Below are positions 19,984 to 28,631 of a stretch of 64,000 nucleotides of DNA, piece after piece; the first letter of the stretch is position 1, and each line of letters starts with the position of its first letter. The position numbers and the translations under genes were made by a program. The stretch is from Candidatus Freyarchaeum deiterrae (GTDB lineage: Archaea > Asgardarchaeota > Jordiarchaeia > Jordiarchaeales > Jordiarchaeaceae): positions 2,784,001-2,848,000 of the forward strand of contig CP147778.1 of assembly GCA_037305845.1 (NCBI GenBank), written 5' to 3'. The notes below the pieces were generated by a model. It worked only from the letters and a program-made list of their open reading frames with translations, did not search any database and had not been told where the DNA came from.

Positions 19984-20661
19984 TTAAACCTCTATTGCGT
20001 TACGTTTTACAAGCACCCATATTCCCGCTGCTAAAATCCAAGTAGATATTAAGAAGTAGACTGCCCACTCTGCTATTACAGATAACAAAAGTATGAAGAT
20101 TACGTCAACCACCACAAAGATGAACCCGTATATCGCAAGCGCTTTAGGGACAGTTGTGCTCCGGAATATCTTTATGCTTAGTAGAACAATTGCAACCCCT
20201 GAGCATATGAAGAACGTAAAAGCAAAGAGACCGTGATACGGGGTCAAAATCATGGGGAAGAGCCCAACACCGATCGCACCTACAGCACCAATCGCACCAA
20301 ATACTGCTGCAATTTTTGCAATGATAGAGCCTCTAAAGAGTCCTTGCAAACCAGGGAACACGGGAATCCCAAGAATACCTGCAATAATCAAACCCACATT
20401 AAACATGAAAGCACTAGGGCCGATCCCAAGCTCACTTATAGCCTGACTCGTCATAGAATATCCAGTGTTAAAAGTCCAATAGGGATAAGGAAGTCCACTG
20501 AGAATCCCACTAAAAGGTATAGGCCTAAGAGGGAATATAGTATAAGTGAACACTGCACCAAGCACAAAAACAAGGCTAACAACCATTGAAGCAACCGCGA
20601 ATATTCCGCCAATCAGAACAATTCTCGGAGCTCCATCTTTCTTTTCAGTACGCTTAGCCAC
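19984..20661 (-). CDS. DUF998-like membrane protein, paralog 3
   Basis: ISELG, FNVGLIIAG, GVGLFP, HGLFA and AEW motifs; GAGG SD then GTG. Confidence 0.75.
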   Translation of the reverse strand: MAKRTEKKDGAPRIVLIGGIFAVASMVVSLVFVLGAVFTYTIFPLRPIPFSGILSGLPYPYWTFNTGYSMTSQAISELGIGPSAFMFNVGLIIAGILGIPVFPGLQGLFRGSIIAKIAAVFGAIGAVGAIGVGLFPMILTPYHGLFAFTFFICSGVAIVLLSIKIFRSTTVPKALAIYGFIFVVVDVIFILLLSVIAEWAVYFLISTWILAAGIWVLVKRNAIEV

Positions 20662-21012
20662 TATTTGTCGCCTCTGACTGCTACAGATTAAGTTATTTAC
20701 TATGTAATATGTTAAAGAAAACACATATTTAAATCATGGGGTTAGTCGGCAGAAGTGAACAAAATGAAGTAAACAAATCTAATTAAGCTATATATATAAT
20801 ACAATCAAAGTTTTCAAGTCCGGAATAACTTTATTTATGTCTCATCCATTAGCTAGCAATCGCACATCTATCTCTCATAATAGTCCACTTTCCCCGTTAC
20901 AGAACCCAAGGCGCCTCCCCTACTATTTATATAGCAAGATAAAGCTCCTACCAATCGTCTACTAAGCAGAAGCGAGTATATTCCGATTCGAGTCAAATGG
21001 AGGGCATTTTTA

Positions 21013-21030
21013 CCGAAAGATATATATAAT
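21013..21030 (+). promoter_or_regulatory. BRE-TATA promoter (CCGAAAG ATATATATAA)
   Basis: Canonical archaeal BRE directly followed by a TATA box; predicted TSS about 21052. Confidence 0.55.
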
Positions 21031-21052
21031 AAATACTATAACACTATTATCC

Positions 21053-21134
21053 GTGGGTGACGTGGGAAATTGATTTTTTATCCTCTTTTCATCCTAATCC
21101 CCCCTCCCCCTCGCATGGCATCCACGCCACCCAC
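21053..21134. ncRNA. candidate small RNA closed by a 13-bp GC-rich terminal stem
   Basis: GTGGGTGACGTGG (21053-21065) is complementary to CCACGCCACCCAC (21122-21134); a GC-rich island in an AT-rich intergenic region with no useful ORF. Confidence 0.45.
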
Positions 21135-21377
21135 ACTTATTATAACCAAATAATTCTCAACAACGAGTGAATATATTCTCTCGATAATTGAAACTTGTTT
21201 TTCTTTAAGAAGAGTAACTATAATGTATAAACCGCGTCTAGAATCACTTATTTCTTATGTCAAAAATATAATAATTCTTGATTTTAATGTATTATTCTTG
21301 GAATTTTGGGTTTGCTGAATTTGGAAGTATGCCTTTTCGACAACAGTTTTATCTATAATTTTTCACTATTTACTAAT

Positions 21378-21923
21378 ATGCCACCAAAAGCAGTTAGAAC
21401 TGTAAAAGATTTAATTTACTGGCAGTATGCAAAGCTTATTGCCGAGTCGGCGGGGTATGGAAAAACCAAGAACTACGGCTTTATTATGGACAGATTCAAG
21501 CAGCTTAAAAATGGAGAGATTCAATGGTCAGGGTCGATAAGAGAGTACATAAAAGAGCGGGAAAGACTGAATGAGTGTATTTATTGTGGGAGTAAAGAGT
21601 CTTTAAGTACCGATCACCTTATACCTAAAAGCCGGGGAGGACCCGATACTGGGGACAATGCAGTTACCGCATGCAAAAAATGTAACTCCTCTAAGGGAGA
21701 TAAAGGTGTATACGAATGGTATGGACTCGAAGGAAGGAATGAACTTCCCAGAATAGTGGAAGGAAAATATTTGAAGTTGCTTTACACACTCCACGAAAAA
21801 GAAGGAACACTGGACTTGGATGTCGAAAATCTAGGTAAACTATGCAAGATATGCGGTATAGGGAATCTATGCGAAGAAACCGCACTCACCGTGTATTGCT
21901 TGGAAAGCATTTTACCAAAGTAG
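21378..21923 (+). CDS. Zn-binding HNH endonuclease
   Basis: CIYCG...TDHLIPKSRGG..N...CKKCNSSKG plus an extra C-terminal Cys cluster. Confidence 0.9.
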   Translation: MPPKAVRTVKDLIYWQYAKLIAESAGYGKTKNYGFIMDRFKQLKNGEIQWSGSIREYIKERERLNECIYCGSKESLSTDHLIPKSRGGPDTGDNAVTACKKCNSSKGDKGVYEWYGLEGRNELPRIVEGKYLKLLYTLHEKEGTLDLDVENLGKLCKICGIGNLCEETALTVYCLESILPK

Positions 21924-22200
21924 ATTCACGGATTCAAATTCCAAAAGAATAGGTTCATAGTTCCGTAAACATGTACTTTTTAAGGGCATATATTAGGCAG
22001 CTACAGGTTTTAGCTATGCTGTTAATTTTTGGTAGAGCTAACCGGTGATTTTAACAATACCGCGTCTTTCTATGAGGTTCGATTTGATTTCCGTAATCCT
22101 TATTTATTATATCTTTATTGTTTTTTGTAATCTCATCGTGAATTACTCACATTGTTAATAATTTGTTAGAGTATATTTGTTGCGTGGGAGTGATTTTGAT

Positions 22201-23046
22201 ATGTGTGATTTTTGTGCCAAGCACAGTACTGGAAAGTACTGGTATAAGTGGGCCAGCCGCTACGCTCGTCAGATGTACCACAGGAATAGAGTTGGTCAAC
22301 AACCTGAGGGAGCAGGAACAAATCTTGAAGCGCAGTTCGGCATCCTCGCATTGCAGGCAATGCAAGCAAAGAATCTGGAACCGGAGAAATTTCCAGAACT
22401 CGTCGCCACTGTTAACAGGATGGCTAGAGACATTCACTGCGGTCAGGTAATAACCCTAGAAGACGCGCAAAACATGATTGACCTTGCGAGTCCCATTGCG
22501 TTCATAGCCTGTGACTGTCGCAGGCAGATCCACGGTTACATTGAACGCGACCGCTCAAGAATGACCTGCCTCGGACTGGGAGTGGGAATGTTTAGATGGG
22601 AAAGAATCCCTTCAAGGTACGCTGCGGGAGCTGATTTTGTAAGCGACAAGGAAGCCAAAGAATGGTTAAAGACCTGGAATAAGAAGGGTATGGTTCATAC
22701 TTTGATGACATTCGGGTTGAGAGATGGAGCTCCCTACATTGGCGGACTGTGCAATTGCTCTTACGGTGATTGTCTCAGTATCCGTTGGAGACTGGACTAT
22801 GGAATAGAACAACTGTTAAAGGGAGAGAGGGTTGCGGTTCTCAACCATCCCGAGGAGTGCACCGGCTGTTTTCAATGTGTCACCCGTTGCCAGTTTGGTG
22901 CTATAACAGCCAACATACGGGATGAGAAGCCCTACATAGACTTAACCAAGTGTTTCGGCTGCGGATTATGCCAAACCGGATGCAAAAAGGGCGCAATTGG
23001 TCTAGTAGACCGACGCAACTTCGAGGTACTCAAAAACTCTTGGTGA
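22201..23046 (+). CDS. 4Fe-4S dicluster domain protein
   Basis: MCDFC..H N-terminus, CDCR, LCNC and two CxxCxxCxxxC motifs. Confidence 0.88.
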   Translation: MCDFCAKHSTGKYWYKWASRYARQMYHRNRVGQQPEGAGTNLEAQFGILALQAMQAKNLEPEKFPELVATVNRMARDIHCGQVITLEDAQNMIDLASPIAFIACDCRRQIHGYIERDRSRMTCLGLGVGMFRWERIPSRYAAGADFVSDKEAKEWLKTWNKKGMVHTLMTFGLRDGAPYIGGLCNCSYGDCLSIRWRLDYGIEQLLKGERVAVLNHPEECTGCFQCVTRCQFGAITANIRDEKPYIDLTKCFGCGLCQTGCKKGAIGLVDRRNFEVLKNSW

Positions 23047-23051
23047 TATGT

Positions 23052-23342
23052 ATGGGTTCAAAAGTAAGAATAACAGTGGATTACCAGAAATGTAATAAAC
23101 CCTTCACCTGCAAGAAATGTATGGACATCTGCCCCGGACAAGTATTCCTGCTCGCCGTCAATCCCATGATGGTCAGAAAGTACCAACCCGTAGACGAAAA
23201 TCAACCGGGATCCTACATACTTCTGACACCAATGATTCTCAAGTGTGTAGGATGCATGGAGTGCGTAAAGTCATGCCCCAATGACGCCCTGAGAGTGAAT
23301 ATCGAACAAACGAAACCAGAAATCCAAGCTCCACAAAGCTGA
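23052..23342 (+). CDS. 2[4Fe-4S] ferredoxin
   Basis: CNKPFTCKKCMDICP and CVGCMECVKSCP; GGTGA SD overlapping the upstream stop. Confidence 0.88.
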   Translation: MGSKVRITVDYQKCNKPFTCKKCMDICPGQVFLLAVNPMMVRKYQPVDENQPGSYILLTPMILKCVGCMECVKSCPNDALRVNIEQTKPEIQAPQS

Positions 23343-23360
23343 AAAGTGAGGATGAACTAA

Positions 23361-23900
23361 ATGGGTGAAAAATATCAATACTACATCACCGATGAATTAT
23401 TCAATACCATAGAAAAGGAATTCGACGCCGAAGCCATAGCGAAAAAATACGCTAAAACCAAGTCCATAAAAGACTTTGAGGAGTACGGAAAACAACTCAT
23501 GAAGAGAACCATGGAACTAAGCAACCAGGAAAAGTACCGCGACCACACATACGAAATCCTTATCGAAGCCGCCAAAAAAACAGGCGAACTCGTCTTCCCC
23601 CACGTAGCCCAGAGATACATCGAAATAGCATACCTATCAGTCCAGCTCATGCCCCTTCTCCAGGTGGAGGCAAACAACTCTCAGGAATTCAGCTTCAGGG
23701 TATTTGAGAACGATTGCAAAATCTATCAATCCCTCAAAAACCTAATAAGCGAAAAGGAGCTAAAAGAACTCCCCTGCCAAGCAGCGTGCCTCTCCTGCCT
23801 GAAAACAGTGTTCGACGAAATGGAATTTAAAGTCGAATTAACCATGCCTGAAAAGATGCCCGAGAGCGGAGACTGTTATTTCCAAGCAGTAAAAAAATAG
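23361..23900 (+). CDS. hypothetical protein, V4R-like Cys pattern
   Basis: CKIY..LPCQAAC..GDCYF; GAGGATG SD; co-oriented with the ferredoxins. Confidence 0.7.
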   Translation: MGEKYQYYITDELFNTIEKEFDAEAIAKKYAKTKSIKDFEEYGKQLMKRTMELSNQEKYRDHTYEILIEAAKKTGELVFPHVAQRYIEIAYLSVQLMPLLQVEANNSQEFSFRVFENDCKIYQSLKNLISEKELKELPCQAACLSCLKTVFDEMEFKVELTMPEKMPESGDCYFQAVKK

Positions 23901-24080
23901 GATAAAAACTCAAACCTCCTTCTTTTTTCATATACTCTTTTTAATCCAAGAAGATTGGCAAAAGGTTACCAATCAGATACCTTTTTTGAAGCTCATTAGA
24001 CCTAACAGAGCATTCCTTATTCTAGGATTATCGGAAAATTTTAATTAAAATACAGTTCTTATCTTCAAACAAGAACAAAG

Positions 24081-24095
24081 CGAAAACTTTTAAAC
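24081..24095 (+). promoter_or_regulatory. BRE-TATA promoter (CGAAAAC TTTTAAAC)
   Basis: Consensus-like element about 55 nt upstream of the GGTGA SD at 24141. Confidence 0.5.
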
Positions 24096-24149
24096 TCACC
24101 ACTCATTCCAACAAAACAGCTAAACACAAAACAAAAAGCTGGTGAAAAA

Positions 24150-24371
24150 ACGCAAGAAACCCCAAAAGAGAAAAATAAAGAAAACACAAGCCAGACAAAT
24201 CCACTAGATTTCAAAATAGACACCAGCGGCATAGGATCAGATATGCTCTACCCCTGCTGCATCGGCGGAAACTGCGCGCTGTACTTCTACTATGAAGACC
24301 TATGGAGAGAGGAGCAAGAAAAGGAAAACAAAACAGCAAAACAGCAAGGCAAAACCGAGGGAGAGAAATGA
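24150..24371 (+). CDS. unannotated small protein, tandem paralog A (ACG at expected start; internal ATG 24243)
   Basis: TQETPKEKNKE...MLYPCCIGGNCALYFYYEDLWREE...EGEK*; shares a core motif with the next unit. Confidence 0.5.
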   Translation, partial: TQETPKEKNKENTSQTNPLDFKIDTSGIGSDMLYPCCIGGNCALYFYYEDLWREEQEKENKTAKQQGKTEGEK

Positions 24372-24587
24372 AGACACCCCCCGCAGAAAAAAAATAAACA
24401 AAAACCAAAAACACAAATACAAACAGAAACCGAAAAAGAAAAAGCGGAAGGACTCGAAAACCTCTACACTTTCCGAGCGGGCGCAAGCTGCGGACTCTAC
24501 TCCATGGAAGAAGAATTCTGGGAAAACCTAGGAGAAAAAATAAACCTCACACCCAAAAAAGAAAAAGAAAAGAAACAAAACCCATAA
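24368..24587 (+). pseudogene. unannotated small protein, tandem paralog B, +1 frameshift in A8 run (24387-24394)
   Basis: ATG overlaps the upstream TGA. With A7 it reads MKTPPAEKNKQ...NLYTFRAGASCGLYSMEEEFWEN...QNP*. Confidence 0.5.
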
Positions 24588-24801
24588 ACCAACCACAAAA
24601 AACAAAAACAAAAATAATAACAAAAACCTACAAAAGGTCAAGTTAAGACCATTAGAACCAACTACTTTTTATAAAGTTTCTTTTAGGGGTCAAATGCAAT
24701 CGCAAATCTCTAACCATTAGAAGACGGCAACGACAATATTATTTATAAATGTTGCTTGCGAAATTATTTTGTGTTAATCGAAATTTTAATGCGAAGGGTG
24801 C

Positions 24802-25494
24802 TTGAAATTGGAAGGCGTCACTTCGAATGTTGAGGAATTTGTCGCTTACTATAAAGGTAAACCTGTGATTAAGAACATGTTTATTAATGAACTTCTCAAA
24901 ATTCCTAAAAAAGTTATAATACTTGACATTGGCTGTGGTATTGGGAATTTAATTTCCTATCTGAGATTAGAGGGATACGAAAAAGTACTGGGCTTTGATA
25001 TTGATGAGCGAATAATAAAAGTTGCGAAAGCTGAGGGTGTAAAAGATGTTTTCATCGGTGATGCGCACAATATTCCAATCAGACCCAACATGATTAACTA
25101 TGCCCTCTGTTATAGTTTGATTGAGCATACAAATAATCCCAGAGCTGTGGTAAGGGAGATCCTAAGACTTTTGAAGGATGAGGGATTTTTGTACATTTCG
25201 GTACCTAATGGATATTCAATCAATGATATTCTACTCAGATTGGGTGGAAAAATTCTTAGAGGAAGAACCCCACACTTACAGAAATTTAAGAAAAGGGACA
25301 TAATGAAACTATTAGAAACTACTGGTTTTGAGATAATTGAAATTAAAGATCGCAAAGGATTCATCTTGTTTAATCTACCTGTGTGGTCTTCTTTATTGCC
25401 TTCAAAAATACACAGTATATTTAAAAAAATTGGTAATATATTAGGGCAGTCTATAAAACTCGGGTGGGAGCTTAAAGCGAAAAAACATGATTAA
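24802..25494 (+). CDS. class I SAM-dependent methyltransferase
   Basis: LDIGCGIG, GDA, IEH..P and LK..G...ISVPN motifs. Confidence 0.88.
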   Translation: MKLEGVTSNVEEFVAYYKGKPVIKNMFINELLKIPKKVIILDIGCGIGNLISYLRLEGYEKVLGFDIDERIIKVAKAEGVKDVFIGDAHNIPIRPNMINYALCYSLIEHTNNPRAVVREILRLLKDEGFLYISVPNGYSINDILLRLGGKILRGRTPHLQKFKKRDIMKLLETTGFEIIEIKDRKGFILFNLPVWSSLLPSKIHSIFKKIGNILGQSIKLGWELKAKKHD

Positions 25495-25590
25495 AACTTT
25501 TATAGCTCAGATTGTTTCATGATTGTAAGGAGAAAGAAGTTATTTTTGTTCAAGCTGTAAGGAGAAGTAATGATTGCTATTAGATGTCCA

Positions 25591-26544
25591 TTAGCGTGCA
25601 GTTTTATTCCTAACAGAAATCCACCATTTCTTGTTTTCACTTAGACGAATTTTGACTGCATATGGTAGCATGTCCACGTTCCTACCAAATATAATTCCTG
25701 CTAACTTGAAAGATTCATATATGAGAGTATATGGTATCCACATAAAATGCCCACTTTTCACTAGGTATTTAAACTCATTAATTAAGTATACAATAATTGT
25801 TCTTGGTCCGTATTTTCCCTTATCTCCCTTGCATATTAGTTGCATTGCGGCGCCGTCGTCAAAACGTCTTTTAAAAGCAGATATTAACGAATAATTATGT
25901 GAATGATAAACACAAGAGTCGGGCATATATAATATATTATATCCTGCTTTTAGAACATCTAGAGCCCATTTTTTGTCTAGTGAAAAGATTATTGACTCAT
26001 CAAACTTGATTTTCGTCCAGATGCTTTTCTTCATGGCTGCATTTACATTAGAGATAAACGCGTTAGATACGTAAAAATCTTCTAAATTCTGCTCAATACT
26101 TTTACTAGTAATAGTTTTTGGTACTTTGGGATAAAAAAAATGGTAAAAGAATTTTTCCATAAGGTTCGCGTTTTTATGAGCCGTTTGACGCCCATACACT
26201 GCAGCAATTTTGCTATCTTTCAAGGGCGTTACCAATTTTTCAAGCCACTGCCCATCTATAGGTATAGCGTCTTGCGATATATAGACAAGAATATTGTTTT
26301 TAGCAAGATTCCCACCCAGATTTCTTGTTCTGCTAAACTGAAACTCTTCAGGTTTTATAGTGTATATTCTTACCGGATAATTTTTAGCAATGGTTAGCGT
26401 ATTGTCACTAGACCCAGAGTCTATGATAAGTACTTCGAATTCTCCACTAAATTTTTGTTTGAAAACTTTATTTAATAAGGCAGCAAAAGCATCTCCAGCA
26501 TTTTTAGTTAATATTATCAAACTTACCGAATGTGTATTTTTCAT
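25591..26544 (-). CDS. GT2 glycosyltransferase, rhamnosyltransferase-like
   Basis: IDSGSSD, FSRTRN, SQDA, YGRQ, SNVNAA and HSHNY motifs. Confidence 0.88.
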   Translation of the reverse strand: MKNTHSVSLIILTKNAGDAFAALLNKVFKQKFSGEFEVLIIDSGSSDNTLTIAKNYPVRIYTIKPEEFQFSRTRNLGGNLAKNNILVYISQDAIPIDGQWLEKLVTPLKDSKIAAVYGRQTAHKNANLMEKFFYHFFYPKVPKTITSKSIEQNLEDFYVSNAFISNVNAAMKKSIWTKIKFDESIIFSLDKKWALDVLKAGYNILYMPDSCVYHSHNYSLISAFKRRFDDGAAMQLICKGDKGKYGPRTIIVYLINEFKYLVKSGHFMWIPYTLIYESFKLAGIIFGRNVDMLPYAVKIRLSENKKWWISVRNKTAR

Positions 26545-26635
26545 CAAACCACCTCGAGGAGCCCCCGTCTGAAAAGGGTGGGAAGGAATTTAGCTGCCTT
26601 TAAATATTCTTTGGATAAATTTTTATTTCGAAACC

Positions 26636-27148
26636 TCATTTATGCGGCGGCTTATTCCAATCGAAGGGCTTGCCTGTTTTCGGGTCTATTATGGTTGGGT
26701 CGTTCCAAGGTCTGCGGCCCTCATCTGGATTCTTATAATCATACAACCTATTGGAAAGGTAAACTGTTAAAGACGGCTCGTTGCTAACCGTTTTGGTACC
26801 ATGCCAGCAGAAGCCGGGAATTCTAACCACTTGTAATTTCTTTTCACTGGATACTATCTCCACGAGCTTACCCTTGCTTGGAGAACCATCCCTATCATCA
26901 TAAGCACAAATTTTCTGTGCTCCCTTCAAAACCAAGTAATAATCTATCTGACCCCTTAAATGGCGATGCCACGCTCTAATTATTCCGGGATAGCTAGAAC
27001 TAATATTTACTTGTATTATCTCATCCTCATCCAGAAGCTCTTTCCAGTCTCTCCTCAACACCTCTGAAAAGAAGCCTCTCTCATCGGGAAGTATCCCCAA
27101 GTTGTAAGTTTTCACACCAGGAAGATCATACTCTTTAACTTCAACCAT
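26636..27148 (-). CDS. rfbC: dTDP-4-dehydrorhamnose 3,5-epimerase family
   Basis: DERGFFSE, IRAWHRH, D.R..SP and IPG..WHG motifs. Confidence 0.85.
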   Translation of the reverse strand: MVEVKEYDLPGVKTYNLGILPDERGFFSEVLRRDWKELLDEDEIIQVNISSSYPGIIRAWHRHLRGQIDYYLVLKGAQKICAYDDRDGSPSKGKLVEIVSSEKKLQVVRIPGFCWHGTKTVSNEPSLTVYLSNRLYDYKNPDEGRRPWNDPTIIDPKTGKPFDWNKPPHK

Positions 27149-27440
27149 CTATTCACCACCTTTACGTCCAGAGTTATTCTTGACCAGCTTAACATAGGAG
27201 TTTCATGACTGTTTATATTTTCTCCGCTCTTACCTTTAAAAGGTAAAAACACATTCCTATTTCCACTATTAATTCTTTTCGCAAACATTAGCATATTAAA
27301 ACCCCGAAAAATATTCATCTTTTCATTGAGAACACCCTACCAAGTTTCACCAAACAAATTCTAACAAGTTACTGTCCAACAAAAACCATTAAAAACAGCT
27401 CTCGATTATTTTAATTGATATGAATGGGCGTGGGAAAAAC

Positions 27441-28190
27441 ATGAAGCGCGAAGTCTCCGAATCTCAATGTTACGTGGCCCTAGGAGACAGCATGCTAATT
27501 GACTACTACGCCGGCGGACTAGGATGGGGTACAGCGTCGCTGCTTTACAAGAATCTGGACGACGTTTATTCCGACTGGAAGGGGAAAGATTTGGCTACCC
27601 TCTATCCGGGAATAAGGCATTACGACCTAACGTCTGATGGAGCCACCACCGACACGGTGCTTAACTGGCAGCTTCCCAAAGTCCCCACCGGAGAAAACCA
27701 ACCTACAATAATCGTCATGACGGTCGGAGGAAATGACCTCCTACATCACTACGGAGTGCAAGAAGAAAAAGGATTAAAACTAAGCCAAGAAATGCAGAAA
27801 AACCTTCGAAAAATCATAACCCTCCTGCAAGACCCAGCAAAATTTCCCAAGCCTGCCCGAATATACATAGGAAACATTTACGACCCCTCAGACGGAATCG
27901 GCGAAGGCTTAGAAAAAGAAGGGTACTCACCCTGGCCAGACGGATTAAAGGTCCTAGACCACTGGAACAAAAGAATCCAAGAAGTAGCCCAAGAAAAAAA
28001 CCTAACACTGGTAGACATTCATGAACACTTTCTAGGCCACGGGGTAAACCACGACGAACCAAAAGGCAAATACTACAATCAAAAAGACAACACTACATGG
28101 TTGAGACTCGTCATTGAACCCAATTCACTAGGCGCACACGAAATAAGAAAACTGTTCTGGGAAAAAATCTACAAGGATTCCGTGGAATAA
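27441..28190 (+). CDS. SGNH/GDSL hydrolase family protein
   Basis: ALGDSM, GA.T and GGND; block V reads IEPN. Confidence 0.85.
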   Translation: MKREVSESQCYVALGDSMLIDYYAGGLGWGTASLLYKNLDDVYSDWKGKDLATLYPGIRHYDLTSDGATTDTVLNWQLPKVPTGENQPTIIVMTVGGNDLLHHYGVQEEKGLKLSQEMQKNLRKIITLLQDPAKFPKPARIYIGNIYDPSDGIGEGLEKEGYSPWPDGLKVLDHWNKRIQEVAQEKNLTLVDIHEHFLGHGVNHDEPKGKYYNQKDNTTWLRLVIEPNSLGAHEIRKLFWEKIYKDSVE

Positions 28191-28631
28191 GCCTCTTCTA
28201 AAACAGAGTACTTTTACTTTTATATCTAGGAGAGCTAAACCTTTCCCTATTAAAAGGAAAACTTTTTGAGCTTACAGTATTGCTGCAAAAAATTTCTGAA
28301 TGTATAAAAATGATTTACAATTATTAAACCATTATTAGTGATTTATTTTCAAATTACAAAACAGTAAATTTAAATATTAAAACGATTAGATGTAATTTGG
28401 CGCCAAATGCGCTTCTATACTCTAAAATATAGGTTTTCGGTTCTTGTTTGAGGGATTAGCGTAGCATATTACAGTATTTTTGCTAATTTTTTGGTCTGTG
28501 AATATCTGCCGTAAAGTTAAGACGTTTTCCCGAAAAATTTAAATAGAAAGCCAAAGCAATTTCTTGAATCATAAGGAGGTCATATTATAAAAAATTGGGA
28601 GATAAAATATCTGGTTTTCGGAGGAGATTAG

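Noticed and set aside
21053-21134. tRNA or C/D box sRNA
   Set aside because: No T-loop/D-loop consensus and no C box plus CTGA D box.
21378-21923. HNH protein as IscB/Cas9-like or part of an R-M system
   Set aside because: Only about 181 aa, no RuvC or PLMP motifs, no adjacent DNA methyltransferase.
24211-24531. ORF-track calls 24292-24531 (+, Lys-rich) and 24211-24486 (-, Phe-rich)
   Set aside because: By-products of the A-rich strand; the third + frame carries the duplicated conserved motif.
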